Source: Clostridia bacterium (GTDB taxonomy: Bacteria; Bacillota; Clostridia; Christensenellales; Pumilibacteraceae). From it: a stretch of 64,000 nt of DNA. Where the stretch lies: the NCBI GenBank assembly GCA_022791055.1, contig JAAVYI010000022.1, positions 4,280 to 68,279 on the forward strand, given 5' to 3'. Positions 48,313 through 58,579 of this stretch are shown piece by piece (position 1 is the stretch's first letter; the number at the start of each line of letters is the position of its first letter). The notes under the pieces are model-generated. The model was not told the DNA's origin. It did no database searches and was given only the letters and a program-made list of their open reading frames with translations. Made by a program: the position numbers and the translations under genes.

Positions 48313-49704
48313 ATGGAGTTTGAAGAAATTTTGAAAAATGCGCAGCCGAAGATCGATCGGCTGGCCAAGATCGCAGAAGAGAGTACGTATATCGACAACA
48401 GCTATTACTCCAAGTACGACGTCAAGCGCGGCTTGCGCGATCTGTCCGGCGAGGGCGTTTTGGCGGGATTGACCGAGATTTCGGATATTTTGGCGTTTGA
48501 GACCGACGAGTTCGGCGAAAAGATCTTGGACAAAGACGGCAAGAAGATCCCGATGGACGGGGTGCTTTTATATCGCGGGCTGGACATCAAAGACATCGTG
48601 CGCGGGTTTTGGAGCGAACAGCGTTTCGGTTTTGAGGAAGTCGCCTATTTGTTGCTGTTCGGCAAGCTGCCTTCGGCCGACGAGCTTAGTGAGTTCAACG
48701 AACTGCTGTGCGGCTTTCGCTCGTTGCCCAGTTCGTTTGTGCGCGACGTCATTATGAAAGCGCCGTCGACCGACATGATGAACAGCCTGGCGCGCAGCGT
48801 GCTGGCACTGTACACCTACGACGACAACCCCGACGACATTTCGATCTCCAACGTGCTGCGGCAGTGCTTGCAGCTGATCGCGCAGTTTCCTCTGCTGAGC
48901 GTATACAGCTACCGCACATATCGCTATTATCACGGCGCCAAAAGTCTGATCATTCATCAGCCGCGCCAAGACCTTTCGACGGCCGAAAGTATGCTGGCGC
49001 TCATGCGCTACGACGGCAAGTATTCCGAACTGGAAGCTAAGCTATTAGACTTAATGTTGGTTTTACACGCCGAACACGGCGGCGGCAACAACTCGACCTT
49101 TACTACGCACGTCGTGTCCAGTTCGGCGACAGACACCTATTCGGTCGTCGCGGCCTCGCTCGGCTCGCTCAAAGGCCCGCGCCACGGCGGCGCCAATATC
49201 AAGGTCGTCAAAATGTTCGAGGACATGAAAGACAACCTTAAATCGCGTTCCGACGGCGACGTCAAGGACTATCTCGTCAAACTGCTCAACAAAGAGGCGT
49301 TCGACAAAGCCGGACTGATCTACGGCATCGGACACGCCGTGTATTCGCTGTCCGATCCGCGCGCCGACATTATGCGCGTGTACGTCGAGCGGCTGAGCGA
49401 GGAAAAGGGGCGGCACGAGGACTATGAGCTATACGAAAAAGTCGAGCGGCTCGCGCCCGAAGTGATCGCCGAACGCCGCGCCATTTATAAGGGCGTCAGC
49501 GCAAACGTCGATTTCTATTCCGGATTCGTCAACTCGATGATGGACATTCCCATGGAACTGTTTACCCCGATCTTCGCGGCCGCGCGCATCGTCGGTTGGA
49601 GCGCGCACCGCATCGAAGAACTTTCTAACCGCGGCAAGATCATTCGGCCGAGCTACCGTTCGGTCAGCAGCTTCGCCGACTACGTGCCGCTCGCAAAACG
49701 ATGA
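48313..49704 (+). CDS. Citrate synthase-family protein.
   Basis: 463 aa, GIGHAVYSLSDPRA (the catalytic His motif of Si-type citrate synthases). Confidence 0.8.
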   Translation: MEFEEILKNAQPKIDRLAKIAEESTYIDNSYYSKYDVKRGLRDLSGEGVLAGLTEISDILAFETDEFGEKILDKDGKKIPMDGVLLYRGLDIKDIVRGFWSEQRFGFEEVAYLLLFGKLPSADELSEFNELLCGFRSLPSSFVRDVIMKAPSTDMMNSLARSVLALYTYDDNPDDISISNVLRQCLQLIAQFPLLSVYSYRTYRYYHGAKSLIIHQPRQDLSTAESMLALMRYDGKYSELEAKLLDLMLVLHAEHGGGNNSTFTTHVVSSSATDTYSVVAASLGSLKGPRHGGANIKVVKMFEDMKDNLKSRSDGDVKDYLVKLLNKEAFDKAGLIYGIGHAVYSLSDPRADIMRVYVERLSEEKGRHEDYELYEKVERLAPEVIAERRAIYKGVSANVDFYSGFVNSMMDIPMELFTPIFAAARIVGWSAHRIEELSNRGKIIRPSYRSVSSFADYVPLAKR

Positions 49705-50069
49705 CGGCCGACGCGGTCAAAGCATACGCGCTCGCGCTCGCCTGTACGACGACCGACTGCCCGTTCGACGGCGATTTCGTATCGACCGTCTTGCGGCATT
49801 CCGACAGCCGCAAGTGGTTCGGCCTCGTGATGGAGATCGACGGCCGCCATGTCGGGCGCGAGGGAAGAACGACGATACTGAACACCAAAGCCGACCCCGC
49901 GCTGTCGGCGTTGCTCATCGAAAAATACAACTGGATCGTGCCGTCCTATCATATGAATAAACGGCTGTGGGTGAGCATCGTTCTTTCCGAGGCCGACGAG
50001 TCCGTCGTCAAACAGCTGCTCGACCACAGCTACGCCTTGACCGACCGCAAGCCCCGCGTCCGCGGCTGA
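49701..50069 (+). CDS. MmcQ/YjbR-family DNA-binding protein.
   Basis: 122 aa. Family-typical length, and the ATGA overlap with the upstream stop. Confidence 0.55.
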   Translation: MTADAVKAYALALACTTTDCPFDGDFVSTVLRHSDSRKWFGLVMEIDGRHVGREGRTTILNTKADPALSALLIEKYNWIVPSYHMNKRLWVSIVLSEADESVVKQLLDHSYALTDRKPRVRG

Positions 50070-50078
50070 ATAGACGAA

Positions 50079-50112
50079 AACGGAGCGAGAAAAGCGGCGC
50101 TCCGTTTTTCTT
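50079..50112 (+). terminator. Rho-independent terminator.
   Basis: ACGGAGCG-(loop)-CGCTCCGT followed by TTTTTCTTTT. Confidence 0.6.
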
Positions 50113-50136
50113 TTGCGAGATTTTTCCGAATTTAAG

Positions 50137-50165
50137 TTGAAAAAAGGCCGCGCATGGTGTATAAT
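50137..50165 (+). promoter_or_regulatory. Promoter TTGAAA-17-TATAAT (extended -10 TGTG).
   Basis: Read from the sequence, upstream of the RBS GGAG and the ATG at 50198. Confidence 0.5.
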
Positions 50166-50197
50166 GGTAGCAAGACATTTTTTGACGGAGAAAAGAC

Positions 50198-51523
50198 ATG
50201 GCGACGGGTGAAAAAAAGAAATCGCATTTGGGTTTGCGCATTGCTATCGTGTTGGTGATCGCGGCGGCTTTGGGAATCAGTCTGATTTGGGAGACCAAGA
50301 TCAATATAGCACTCGGATTCGGGCCGAAAGAGGTCGCGGGCGTTGCGCGCGAGAGTATCGACCTTGACGTGCATTTCGTCGACGTGGGGCAGGGCGACGC
50401 CTGTATTCTCGAGTTGCCGGACGATCGCGTCATGCTGATCGACAGCGGCGAAAAGGATTCCGACGACAAATTGATCGCGTACATAGACGAGCATATCCGC
50501 AGAGACGGCAAAAAGCTCGATTATTTCGACATCGCTATGGTGACGCATTCCGATTCCGACCACTGCGGCGAGATGGCCGACGTGCTGAAACAATATCCGG
50601 CCAAGAACTTTTACCGCCCGAACGTGGCGGCCGACCGCGACGGTTACGTCGATCCCGGTATCGCGGCGGGCGACCTATACGGCGACTATTGCGCCAAAAG
50701 CACGGTTGCGTACATGACGGCGATCGAGGCGGGCTATGCCGGCGTCGAGCAGTTAGGCGGCGAGGCCTATGCGACCAACGCGCTCGACGAGGCGCAGAAC
50801 GTTATCAAGCCGACGGGCATTGCGCCGGGGCAACCGGGCTATTATACGCTCACGCTGTATACGCCGACGGTCGACACCTACAAAACGGGATCGTCCGATC
50901 CCGACTGGAACAACTATTCGCCGATCATGATCCTCGAGTACGAGGGCAAGCGCATGGCGCTTTCGGGCGATGCGGAAAAAGAGGCCGAGGCGGAGTTCGT
51001 CGAGTTGGTCGAGCGCGGCGAAGGCAAGTTTTCGATTTTTAACGATTCGTTTTATGTCAACCTGATCAAACTCGGCCACCACGGCAGCCGCACGTCGTCG
51101 TCGCAAGGCTATCTCGACGCGATCACCGCGCCCGGCTCGTGCGCCGCGACGTTCGCCGTCATCAGTTGCGGGAAAGACAACAAATATAAGCACCCGCACA
51201 CCGAAACGCTCGAGCGGCTGTCCGCCATGGGATTCGACGGCAAAAACATTTTGCGCACCGACGAGATCGGCACGATCGTGGCGACGGTCAAATTAAACGA
51301 GCAATTCGTGTACGACTTATTTATCGGCGGCGCGACGGCGGGCGAAGTCGCTATGTTCGCTTGGCGGTGGCTGTATATTGCGGGCATCATTCTCGCGGTC
51401 GCGGTCGTGCTGTTGCTTGTATTGCCGGCGTTCTTCGCACACGGCGGACGGATCGAAGTCGGCGGCGGCAAGAAAGGCGGCGCGCGCAAACGCAGCGGCG
51501 GCAACAGAGGAGGCAGGCGTTGA
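50198..51523 (+). CDS. Membrane-anchored MBL-fold protein of the ComEC/Rec2 lactamase-domain family.
   Basis: N-terminal TM. HFVDVGQGDA motif characteristic of the ComEC beta-lactamase-like domain. HSDSDH. C-terminal TM plus a basic tail. Confidence 0.65.
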   Translation: MATGEKKKSHLGLRIAIVLVIAAALGISLIWETKINIALGFGPKEVAGVARESIDLDVHFVDVGQGDACILELPDDRVMLIDSGEKDSDDKLIAYIDEHIRRDGKKLDYFDIAMVTHSDSDHCGEMADVLKQYPAKNFYRPNVAADRDGYVDPGIAAGDLYGDYCAKSTVAYMTAIEAGYAGVEQLGGEAYATNALDEAQNVIKPTGIAPGQPGYYTLTLYTPTVDTYKTGSSDPDWNNYSPIMILEYEGKRMALSGDAEKEAEAEFVELVERGEGKFSIFNDSFYVNLIKLGHHGSRTSSSQGYLDAITAPGSCAATFAVISCGKDNKYKHPHTETLERLSAMGFDGKNILRTDEIGTIVATVKLNEQFVYDLFIGGATAGEVAMFAWRWLYIAGIILAVAVVLLLVLPAFFAHGGRIEVGGGKKGGARKRSGGNRGGRR

Positions 51524-53004
51524 AAAAGAAATATTTACTGTCGCTCGACCAGGGCACGACCAGCTCGCGGGCGATCATCTTCGACGAGACCGGCAACATT
51601 CGAGGCAGCAGCGCGCGCGAGTTCAAACAGCTCTATCCGCAACCGGGCTGGGTGGAGCATAATCCGTATGACATCTTAGGTTCGCAAATGGGCGTCATCA
51701 GCGAGGCGATCGCGTCGGCCGGGTTGACGCCGCGCGACATCGAGGCGATCGGCATCACCAACCAGCGCGAAACGACGCTCGTTTGGGACGCGGAGACGGG
51801 CGAGCCGATCTGTAACGCCATTGTGTGGCAGTGCCGCCGCACGGCAGAGGCGGCCGAACGGCTGATTCGAGAGGGCTACGAGCGGCTGATCTACGGTAAG
51901 ACCGGACTGATCCCCGACGCCTATTTTTCGGCGACCAAACTGCGTTGGATTCTCGACAACGTTGCGGGCGCGCGGGCGCGGGCGGACGCGGGCAAACTGC
52001 GATTCGGCACGGTCGACACCTATTTATTGTGGCACTTGACCGGCGGGCGCGTCCACGCTACCGATTTTACCAATGCGTCGCGCACTATGCTGTTCAATAT
52101 CCACACGCTCGACTGGGACGACGATCTGCTGGAGATCTTCGGCGTGCCCCGCAGTATGTTGCCCGAAGTGCACCCGTCGGGGTTTATGTACGGCGCGACC
52201 GAAACGGGGATCGTCGGCCGCTCGATCCCCGTCTGCGCTATGGCGGGCGACCAGCAGGCCGCGCTGTTCGGGCAGCTTTGCACGCACAAGGGCGACATGA
52301 AAAATACCTACGGGACAGGCTGTTTTCTGTTGATGAACGCAGGCGACGAAGCGCCGCAGTCCAAGCGCGGACTGATCACCACGCTCGCCGCCTCTGTAGG
52401 CCGCCCCGACTATGCCCTCGAGGGCAGCGTGTTTGTCGGCGGCGCGGCGGTGCAGTGGCTGCGGGACGAACTGCGCATGATCCGCACGGCGGCCGACAGC
52501 GAGAAGTACGCGGTGCGGGTGTCCGACGCCGGCGGCGTGTACGTCGTGCCGGCCTTTGTCGGCTTAGGTGCGCCGCACTGGGACAGCCGCGCCCGCGGCA
52601 CGGTCACAGGCATTACGCGCGGCACGACCAAGGAGCATTTTATCCGCGCGGTGCTCGAAAGCATTGCCTATCAGGTGTTCGACGTCATGCACGCGATGGA
52701 GCGCGACACCGGGATCAAGCCGACCGCGCTCAAAGTCGACGGCGGCGCGAGCGCCAATGATTTTCTGATGCAATTCCAGGCCGATATTTCCGATTGCAAG
52801 GTCGTTCGTCCCAAAGTGGTCGAAACGACGGCTTTGGGCGCAAGCTACTTGGCCGGCCTGACCTGCGGCTATTTCAACGGCTTAGCTGACATCGAGGCCA
52901 ACGCGCAGACCGACCGCACGTTCGCGCCGACTTTCGACGAGGCCAAGCGGCAGGCGCTGCTGTTGGGGTGGGAAGAGGCGATCGGCAAAGCCAAATACCG
53001 CTAG
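51520..53004 (+). CDS. glpK: Glycerol kinase; TTG start overlapping the upstream stop.
   Basis: 494 aa. N-terminus KKYLLSLDQGTTSSRAIIFD (the sugar-kinase ATPase motif). RBS AGGAGG 7 nt upstream. Confidence 0.9.
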   Translation: MKKKYLLSLDQGTTSSRAIIFDETGNIRGSSAREFKQLYPQPGWVEHNPYDILGSQMGVISEAIASAGLTPRDIEAIGITNQRETTLVWDAETGEPICNAIVWQCRRTAEAAERLIREGYERLIYGKTGLIPDAYFSATKLRWILDNVAGARARADAGKLRFGTVDTYLLWHLTGGRVHATDFTNASRTMLFNIHTLDWDDDLLEIFGVPRSMLPEVHPSGFMYGATETGIVGRSIPVCAMAGDQQAALFGQLCTHKGDMKNTYGTGCFLLMNAGDEAPQSKRGLITTLAASVGRPDYALEGSVFVGGAAVQWLRDELRMIRTAADSEKYAVRVSDAGGVYVVPAFVGLGAPHWDSRARGTVTGITRGTTKEHFIRAVLESIAYQVFDVMHAMERDTGIKPTALKVDGGASANDFLMQFQADISDCKVVRPKVVETTALGASYLAGLTCGYFNGLADIEANAQTDRTFAPTFDEAKRQALLLGWEEAIGKAKYR

Positions 53005-53053
53005 TCGGGGACGCATTCATCGCGGGATGATTGGGATAGGAGATGATCATACT

Positions 53054-54388
53054 ATGACGACGGCGGAAACGGTCGTAATCATGCGGCAACACTTTTTAAG
53101 CGGCGGCATACGACCGATTGCGACGCGCATTGCGCTACTGAAAAATCTGAAGGCGGAGATCAAGCGGCGCGAGGACGAAATTTGCGCGGCGCTCGTCGCC
53201 GATTTCAACAAGCACCCGTTCGACACGTTCACCACCGAGATCGGCGTGGTGTACGGCGAGATCGATTGCGCCGTCAAGCATTTGCGCCGCTGGAGCAAGC
53301 CGAAAAAGGCGCACGTTTCGCTCGCCGATTTCCCGGCCAAAGGGCGCGTATATGCCGAAGGCTACGGGGTCGCGCTGATCATTGCGCCGTGGAACTATCC
53401 GTTTCAGTTGGCGATTGCGCCGCTCGTCGGGGCGATCGCGGCCGGCAACTGCGCCGTCGTCAAACCGGCGTCGCGTACCAAAGCGACGGCGGCGGTCATT
53501 GCGCGTATCATCGAGGCGGTATTTTCGCCCGAACGGGTCGCCGTCGCCTACAGTCGGGACATTTTGGATATACCGTTCGACTACATTTTCTTTACCGGCA
53601 GTGCGGCGGCCGGGCGGGCGGTCATGACGGCGGCCGCAAAATATCTCACGCCCGTTACGCTCGAACTGGGCGGCAAATCGCCGTGTATCGTCGACCGCGA
53701 CGCCGATCTGAAACGCGCGGCGCGGCGGATCGCCTGGGGCAAGTGCGTCAATACCGGGCAGACGTGCGTCGCGCCCGATTATCTGTTGTTGCACGACGCC
53801 GTGTACGACGCGTTCATCGCCGAACTAAAAGCGGCGGTACAAGAAATGTACTACGAGAACGGCGTTTTGCGCGACACGTTCGCCGCCGTGTGCGACGAGA
53901 CGAAACGGGCATTTATCAATGAGCTGTTGCCGCACAGCAACGTGCTGTTCGGCGGCAAAACAGACGGCAACACCGTCGAGCCGACGGCGGTTGCGGCCGA
54001 CTGGGACAGCGAATGGATGCAAAACGAGATCTTCGCGCCCGTGCTGCCGGTGCTGCGTTTTTGTAAGACACAGGAGATCATCGAAAAAATCAACGCCCGC
54101 CCGCGGCCGTTGGCGCTGTACTATTTCGGTTTCAACGAAAAGCCGTTTGTCGACGGCGTGCCGTTCGGCGGCGGGTGTGTCAACGATACCGTCATGCACG
54201 TGGCCGAACACGACTTGCCGTTCGGCGGCGTCGGCGCGTCGGGCATGGGATGCTACCACGGCAAATATTCGTTCGATACGTTTACGCATTACAAATCGGT
54301 GTTATATAAAGGGAAGGCGGAGATCAAAGTCAAGTACCCGCCGTATACCGACGCAAATCTGCGTTTCGTCCGCAAGATCCTAAAATAA
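53054..54388 (+). CDS. NAD(P)-dependent aldehyde dehydrogenase (ALDH3-like).
   Basis: 444 aa. ELGGKSP and catalytic Cys in [20 protein letters not shown]. Confidence 0.85.
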   Translation: MTTAETVVIMRQHFLSGGIRPIATRIALLKNLKAEIKRREDEICAALVADFNKHPFDTFTTEIGVVYGEIDCAVKHLRRWSKPKKAHVSLADFPAKGRVYAEGYGVALIIAPWNYPFQLAIAPLVGAIAAGNCAVVKPASRTKATAAVIARIIEAVFSPERVAVAYSRDILDIPFDYIFFTGSAAAGRAVMTAAAKYLTPVTLELGGKSPCIVDRDADLKRAARRIAWGKCVNTGQTCVAPDYLLLHDAVYDAFIAELKAAVQEMYYENGVLRDTFAAVCDETKRAFINELLPHSNVLFGGKTDGNTVEPTAVAADWDSEWMQNEIFAPVLPVLRFCKTQEIIEKINARPRPLALYYFGFNEKPFVDGVPFGGGCVNDTVMHVAEHDLPFGGVGASGMGCYHGKYSFDTFTHYKSVLYKGKAEIKVKYPPYTDANLRFVRKILK

Positions 54389-54447
54389 AAGCCCGCAAGT
54401 GTCTGCGGGCGCGTTTAGGCCGGCGTCGTGAATCGGCGGCGGTCCGC

Positions 54448-54669
54448 CTAATTGAAACGTCTGTTTCCCGTTTCGTCTTGCAAGCCGATCAAATAATCGC
54501 TGCTGATTTCGAAATAGCAGCAAAGTTTCAACAGGATATCGACATTGGGCGATTGCCCGTGGCACAGAATGCGGCTGAGCGTCTGTTGCGGAATGCCGGT
54601 TTTCTCCGCCAGTTTGGTTTGCGACATATCTCCCATCAAATATTTTAAACGTTCGGTCAATATTTGCAT
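54448..54669 (-). CDS. XRE-family HTH transcriptional regulator.
   Basis: 73 aa with LKYLMGDMSQTKLAEKTGIPQQTLSRI (Cro/C1 HTH). Confidence 0.8.
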   Translation of the reverse strand: MQILTERLKYLMGDMSQTKLAEKTGIPQQTLSRILCHGQSPNVDILLKLCCYFEISSDYLIGLQDETGNRRFN

Positions 54670-54758
54670 GTTTATATAATAACCCTATTGCACCCGAAAA
54701 ACACGCTCTACATGAAATCGGGTGAAAAGCGAATTATATGCAATCGACTGCATTCGGC

Positions 54759-54787
54759 TTGACTTATGCGCCGAAAAATGGTACAAT
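54759..54787 (+). promoter_or_regulatory. Promoter TTGACT-17-TACAAT (extended -10 TGG), divergent from the XRE gene.
   Basis: Read from the sequence, 38 nt upstream of the ATG at 54825. Confidence 0.45.
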
Positions 54788-54824
54788 GGTTCTACTCAAA
54801 ATTAAGTGATAAGGCGGTTGCGAT

Positions 54825-55163
54825 ATGCGACTAGCGATGTTTGACAAGATACAGGCGCGCCTGACGGAGCGGGGCATCGAGCCGGAGACCTTTCGCGCCA
54901 ACCTGAAAATTTCGCAACAAACCTGGAACGGTTGGCGAAACGGCACAGTCGCAATCGGGCTGTGCGCGCTGCTTGCGATGTGCGATGCGCTCGACCTGTC
55001 GCTGCTGCGTTTATTGACGGGGGACGGGAAAGAATCGACGGCCGCCTGCCTGGCGCGGGTCGTCGCGCATCTGCCCGAGGCCGAACGCGCGGCGCTTACG
55101 CAGTCGGCGCAAGCGCTTGCCCGTTTTTATCAAACTTCGGAGGAAACCGTATGCGAAAACTAG
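54825..55163 (+). CDS. XRE-like HTH-domain protein.
   Basis: 112 aa. FRANLKISQQTWNGWRNG...LLAMCDALDLSLLRLL resembles a Cro/C1 HTH. Confidence 0.5.
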   Translation: MRLAMFDKIQARLTERGIEPETFRANLKISQQTWNGWRNGTVAIGLCALLAMCDALDLSLLRLLTGDGKESTAACLARVVAHLPEAERAALTQSAQALARFYQTSEETVCEN

Positions 55164-55555
55164 CCGACGCGCAAACCGTTGCCGATCAAATTGCGGCTGT
55201 GTGCGAGCAGTCGGGCAAGCCGGTGCGGGCAGTCTGTAAGGCCGCGCGCGTCACTTCGTTGGTGTGGCAAAATCTCAAGCAGGGATATTTACAGCTTTCG
55301 GCCAAACAAATCGGACGCCTGTCGGAATTGACTGAGATCCCCGTCCTCGATTTGCTGTTGCCGCCGACCGATACCGATACGACCGCTATTTCGGCGGCTG
55401 CGGAAAAACTGCCGCAGGAAGCGCTGGCTTTTCTGCTCGACATGGCGGAAGTGCGCTTGCGCAGCTACGACGACCGCCGCAACGTCAATTTTTATTTCCG
55501 TTTGCAGGGCTTTGCCCAACAGGCGCGCGCCGACGCGCAACAAAGAGAGCCGTAA
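55151..55555 (+). CDS. Second XRE-like HTH-domain protein, overlapping the previous gene by 13 nt.
   Basis: 134 aa. RBS GGAGGA 7 nt upstream. HTH-like AVCKAARVTSLVWQNLKQG...IPVLDLLL. Confidence 0.45.
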   Translation: MRKLADAQTVADQIAAVCEQSGKPVRAVCKAARVTSLVWQNLKQGYLQLSAKQIGRLSELTEIPVLDLLLPPTDTDTTAISAAAEKLPQEALAFLLDMAEVRLRSYDDRRNVNFYFRLQGFAQQARADAQQREP

Positions 55556-55562
55556 AAAGCAA

Positions 55563-55590
55563 AAGCAGGTGTAAGCCTGCTTTTTTCAGT
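55563..55590. terminator. Bidirectional terminator between the XRE-like operon and fprA.
   Basis: AAGCAGG-TGTAAG-CCTGCTT flanked by an A-run and a T-run. Confidence 0.6.
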
Positions 55591-55611
55591 GGGGAACAGC
55601 GCCTGGCGCGT

Positions 55612-56736
55612 TCAATAAACTTCGGCCGAATCGGGCATGTCCTCGATATGCGTATATCCCATGGCGGACAGCGCTGCGTCGAGTTCTTTGATCGCGCCGC
55701 CGCCCCAACCGTACGAGCCGAACAGCATGTACTGTAGCCCGGCAGGCTTGAGCGCCTTGAGATAGGCGAGGAACGCGGCCACCGTGGGCAGGATCGTGCC
55801 GTAGAAGGTCGGGCAGCCGACGGCCAGATATTGGGCGTCGAGCAGTTCGGTCACGATGTCGGAAAGGTCGTTTTCCTTCAAATCGAAGTACAGCGTGGCG
55901 CAGCCTTTTGCCTCGAACTGCGCGCCGACGGTAAGCGCGGCGTCGGCGGTGTGTCCCCACATGCTGTCGTAGACGACGACCGCTTTATCGACTTTCTCGG
56001 CCGCTGTCATTTTTTCGTACAGGGCGAAAATGTCGTGAATATGCTTTGTCCAAATGATGCCGTGCGAGGGCGCGATGATGTCGGCCGACAGGCTTTTGGC
56101 CGCAGCGACCGCTTTGGCCGCTTGCGCCGCGTAGGGCATGACAATGTTGGCGTAATACTTTTTGGCTTCCGTCAGCACGTCGTGCAGGTCGACCTGCGTA
56201 TCGAAATGCAGACTGGACGCGAAATGCTGCCCGAACGCATCGTTGGAAAACAGCATTGTTTTGCCGTCGATCTTGCCTAAAGTGACGATATTATCCGGCC
56301 AGTGCACCATCGGCGTAGCATACGGTGTCAGAGAATAGCCGCCCAAAGTGACGGCTTGTCCCGAAACCAAAGGAACGTAGTCGAGCGCCCCGTACATGGC
56401 GGTCAGCGCTTTGATCCCCGCGGCCGAGGCGTAGACCTTGGCGCCCGAGAGCCTTGCGACTTCGGCGACCGCGCCGCTGTGGTCGTATTCGGCATGATTG
56501 CTGATGATGTGCCGAATGCGCGCCGGATCGACGACGTCGGCAATACGGGCGAGCATTTCCTGCGTGAAAGCGGCTTTTACGGTATCGATGAGGATCGGTT
56601 CGTCGCCGTCGATCAAGTAGGCGTTGTAGGTGACGCCGCGCGGCGTCGAATAGCCGTGGAACGAGCGGCAGTTATAGTCGACCGCGCCTACCCAGTACAC
56701 GTGTTCGCTTACGCGAACGGCTTTGAGATTTTTCAT
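55612..56736 (-). CDS. FprA-family A-type flavodiiron protein (MBL-like diiron domain plus flavodoxin domain).
   Basis: 374 aa. HAEYDHSGA diiron-ligand motif. C-terminal flavodoxin-like domain. Confidence 0.8.
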   Translation of the reverse strand: MKNLKAVRVSEHVYWVGAVDYNCRSFHGYSTPRGVTYNAYLIDGDEPILIDTVKAAFTQEMLARIADVVDPARIRHIISNHAEYDHSGAVAEVARLSGAKVYASAAGIKALTAMYGALDYVPLVSGQAVTLGGYSLTPYATPMVHWPDNIVTLGKIDGKTMLFSNDAFGQHFASSLHFDTQVDLHDVLTEAKKYYANIVMPYAAQAAKAVAAAKSLSADIIAPSHGIIWTKHIHDIFALYEKMTAAEKVDKAVVVYDSMWGHTADAALTVGAQFEAKGCATLYFDLKENDLSDIVTELLDAQYLAVGCPTFYGTILPTVAAFLAYLKALKPAGLQYMLFGSYGWGGGAIKELDAALSAMGYTHIEDMPDSAEVY

Positions 56737-56931
56737 AGTATGGCACCTCGCATTGTTGGTATTCGCGTATATTATACCCGTATTTCCGCCATTTGTAAAC
56801 TGCTTGCAACCTATCGGCCGAGATTTTTATCCGTTTATCTTGAAAATTCGGTCGGCGCTATTTACAAAACCGGCCGCATATGCTATAATGATACGGTAAA
56901 CGGACGCGACACGACGAATCGGGGCAGGGAA

Positions 56932-57510
56932 ATGACAAAGCGGAAGAAAAAATATCAGTACGATAAAAGCGAGCGCAAATTTCGCGTCGGCACTTTTTTC
57001 GCCGGAGTTGCGAGCATTTTGGGCGGCATAGGGATCATCATTGCCATGGCGGTCATCGGCTATAAAATCGTACCCTTAGACAATGCGGTAGGGATACTGC
57101 TTTGGCTCATGCTGATCGGCTCGCTGCCGTTTTTGATTTATACGGCGCTCGGCCTCGGCGTCGGCGTGCCGATGATCATCTTGGGCGCGATCGACATCAC
57201 ACACGGATTTTTGCCCGACCGCTATTATCGGGGTTCGGTCGTGTACGAGATCGTCATCACCGTCATTACCGTCGTCGTTGCGGCGGTCGCGATCTGTCTT
57301 GGGAAAACGACGTTTGCGACCAGTCCGCCGCTCGACAGCGTGGCGCGTATATTCGGCTATGCGCTATTCGGCATTAGCGCACTGCGCGCCTGTTCGCTGC
57401 TTTGGTTCGGCATATGCAGTAAATCGAAGAAAGAACAGTCGCCCAAAGCCGAACCCCCGCAAGGCCTCGACGCGCAAAAAGACGGCTACAAAGACCCTTA
57501 CGACCGATAA
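56932..57510 (+). CDS. Small polytopic membrane protein (4 TM), paralogue 1.
   Basis: 193 aa. The N-terminus K(Y/K)xxxKxRVGTFFAGV matches the paralogue at 57535. Confidence 0.5.
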   Translation: MTKRKKKYQYDKSERKFRVGTFFAGVASILGGIGIIIAMAVIGYKIVPLDNAVGILLWLMLIGSLPFLIYTALGLGVGVPMIILGAIDITHGFLPDRYYRGSVVYEIVITVITVVVAAVAICLGKTTFATSPPLDSVARIFGYALFGISALRACSLLWFGICSKSKKEQSPKAEPPQGLDAQKDGYKDPYDR

Positions 57511-57534
57511 GCCAACCGAGGAGCGTTTAGAAAA

Positions 57535-58023
57535 ATGACATTTGCAAAAATAAAGAATAAACTGCGAGTAGGGACGTTTCTCGGCGGTATATTGACGGTT
57601 GCGATCGCGGCGGCTTTTTTGCTGTATGCCGGCTATTGCGCCGTCGTCATCGGGATCGCACTGCTAAAAGCGGGTACGCCGAACGATCTGCCGATCCTGT
57701 TGGGCGAGACGTTCGTTTTTCTGTCGCTGTTTAGTTATGTCGCCGTCGGCATCGGTACGTGCCTGCCGCTGGGGATCATCGGCGTGTTGGGCATAGTACA
57801 CAGCCGCGCGGGCGAGCGTTTTGCGCGCGTTTTTACCGCCGAAGTATGGCTGACCGTAGCGAACGTCTTGATCGGCCTGGTCGCCGCCGGCGTGTGGTTG
57901 TATTTTTTACCGTCCGTTCGCACGCTGCGCATCGCGTTCGCTATTAGCGTGCCGACCTATACCGCCGTGGTCGGCGTTTTGCGCGCGTCCTCGCTCATTC
58001 GATATAAGAGATCGCAAACGTGA
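57535..58023 (+). CDS. Small polytopic membrane protein (4 TM), paralogue 2.
   Basis: 162 aa. N-terminus KNKLRVGTFLGGI. Same topology as the upstream gene. Confidence 0.5.
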   Translation: MTFAKIKNKLRVGTFLGGILTVAIAAAFLLYAGYCAVVIGIALLKAGTPNDLPILLGETFVFLSLFSYVAVGIGTCLPLGIIGVLGIVHSRAGERFARVFTAEVWLTVANVLIGLVAAGVWLYFLPSVRTLRIAFAISVPTYTAVVGVLRASSLIRYKRSQT

Positions 58024-58076
58024 TCCGCGCCGAACATCGCGCAGTAACGACAATTTGAAAACCTTGTCCCAAACAG

Positions 58077-58105
58077 TTGACTAAATTGTAAGAAGATAGT
58101 ATAAT
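58077..58105 (+). promoter_or_regulatory. Promoter TTGACT-17-TATAAT for the str operon.
   Basis: Read from the sequence, about 100 nt upstream of rpsL. Confidence 0.5.
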
Positions 58106-58207
58106 GATTTAGCGTGTATCGTGGAGATATGCGCTAAATTATTCTTTTAAGTCCCGATTTCGATTTTTCGAGGCGGGCAAGACTACTAATAAGGAGGTAG
58201 AGTAATA

Positions 58208-58579
58208 ATGCCTACGATTAACCAACTGATTCGGAAAGGTCGTAAAAAGCAGGAGTACAAATCGCTCAGCCCGATTTTGGAACAAAATCCGCAGAAGCGC
58301 GGCGTATGTCTGTCGGTTACGACGACCACTCCGAAGAAGCCGAACTCGGCGCTTCGTAAGATCGCAAGGGTACGTCTTGTCAACAAGATGGAAGGCACGG
58401 TTTACATCCCCGGTATTGGGCACAATCTGCAAGAGCATAGCGTCGTGCTGATTCGTGGTGGCAGAGTGAAGGATTTGCCCGGCGTACGGTATCACATCAT
58501 ACGCGGCGCATTGGACACGGCCGGTGTCGCAAAGCGCAAGCAAGCCCGCTCGAAGTACGGTGCAAAAAGGAGTAAATAA
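58208..58579 (+). CDS. rpsL: 30S ribosomal protein S12.
   Basis: 123 aa, [13 protein letters not shown]-terminus, RBS AAGGAGG. Confidence 0.97.
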   Translation: MPTINQLIRKGRKKQEYKSLSPILEQNPQKRGVCLSVTTTTPKKPNSALRKIARVRLVNKMEGTVYIPGIGHNLQEHSVVLIRGGRVKDLPGVRYHIIRGALDTAGVAKRKQARSKYGAKRSK

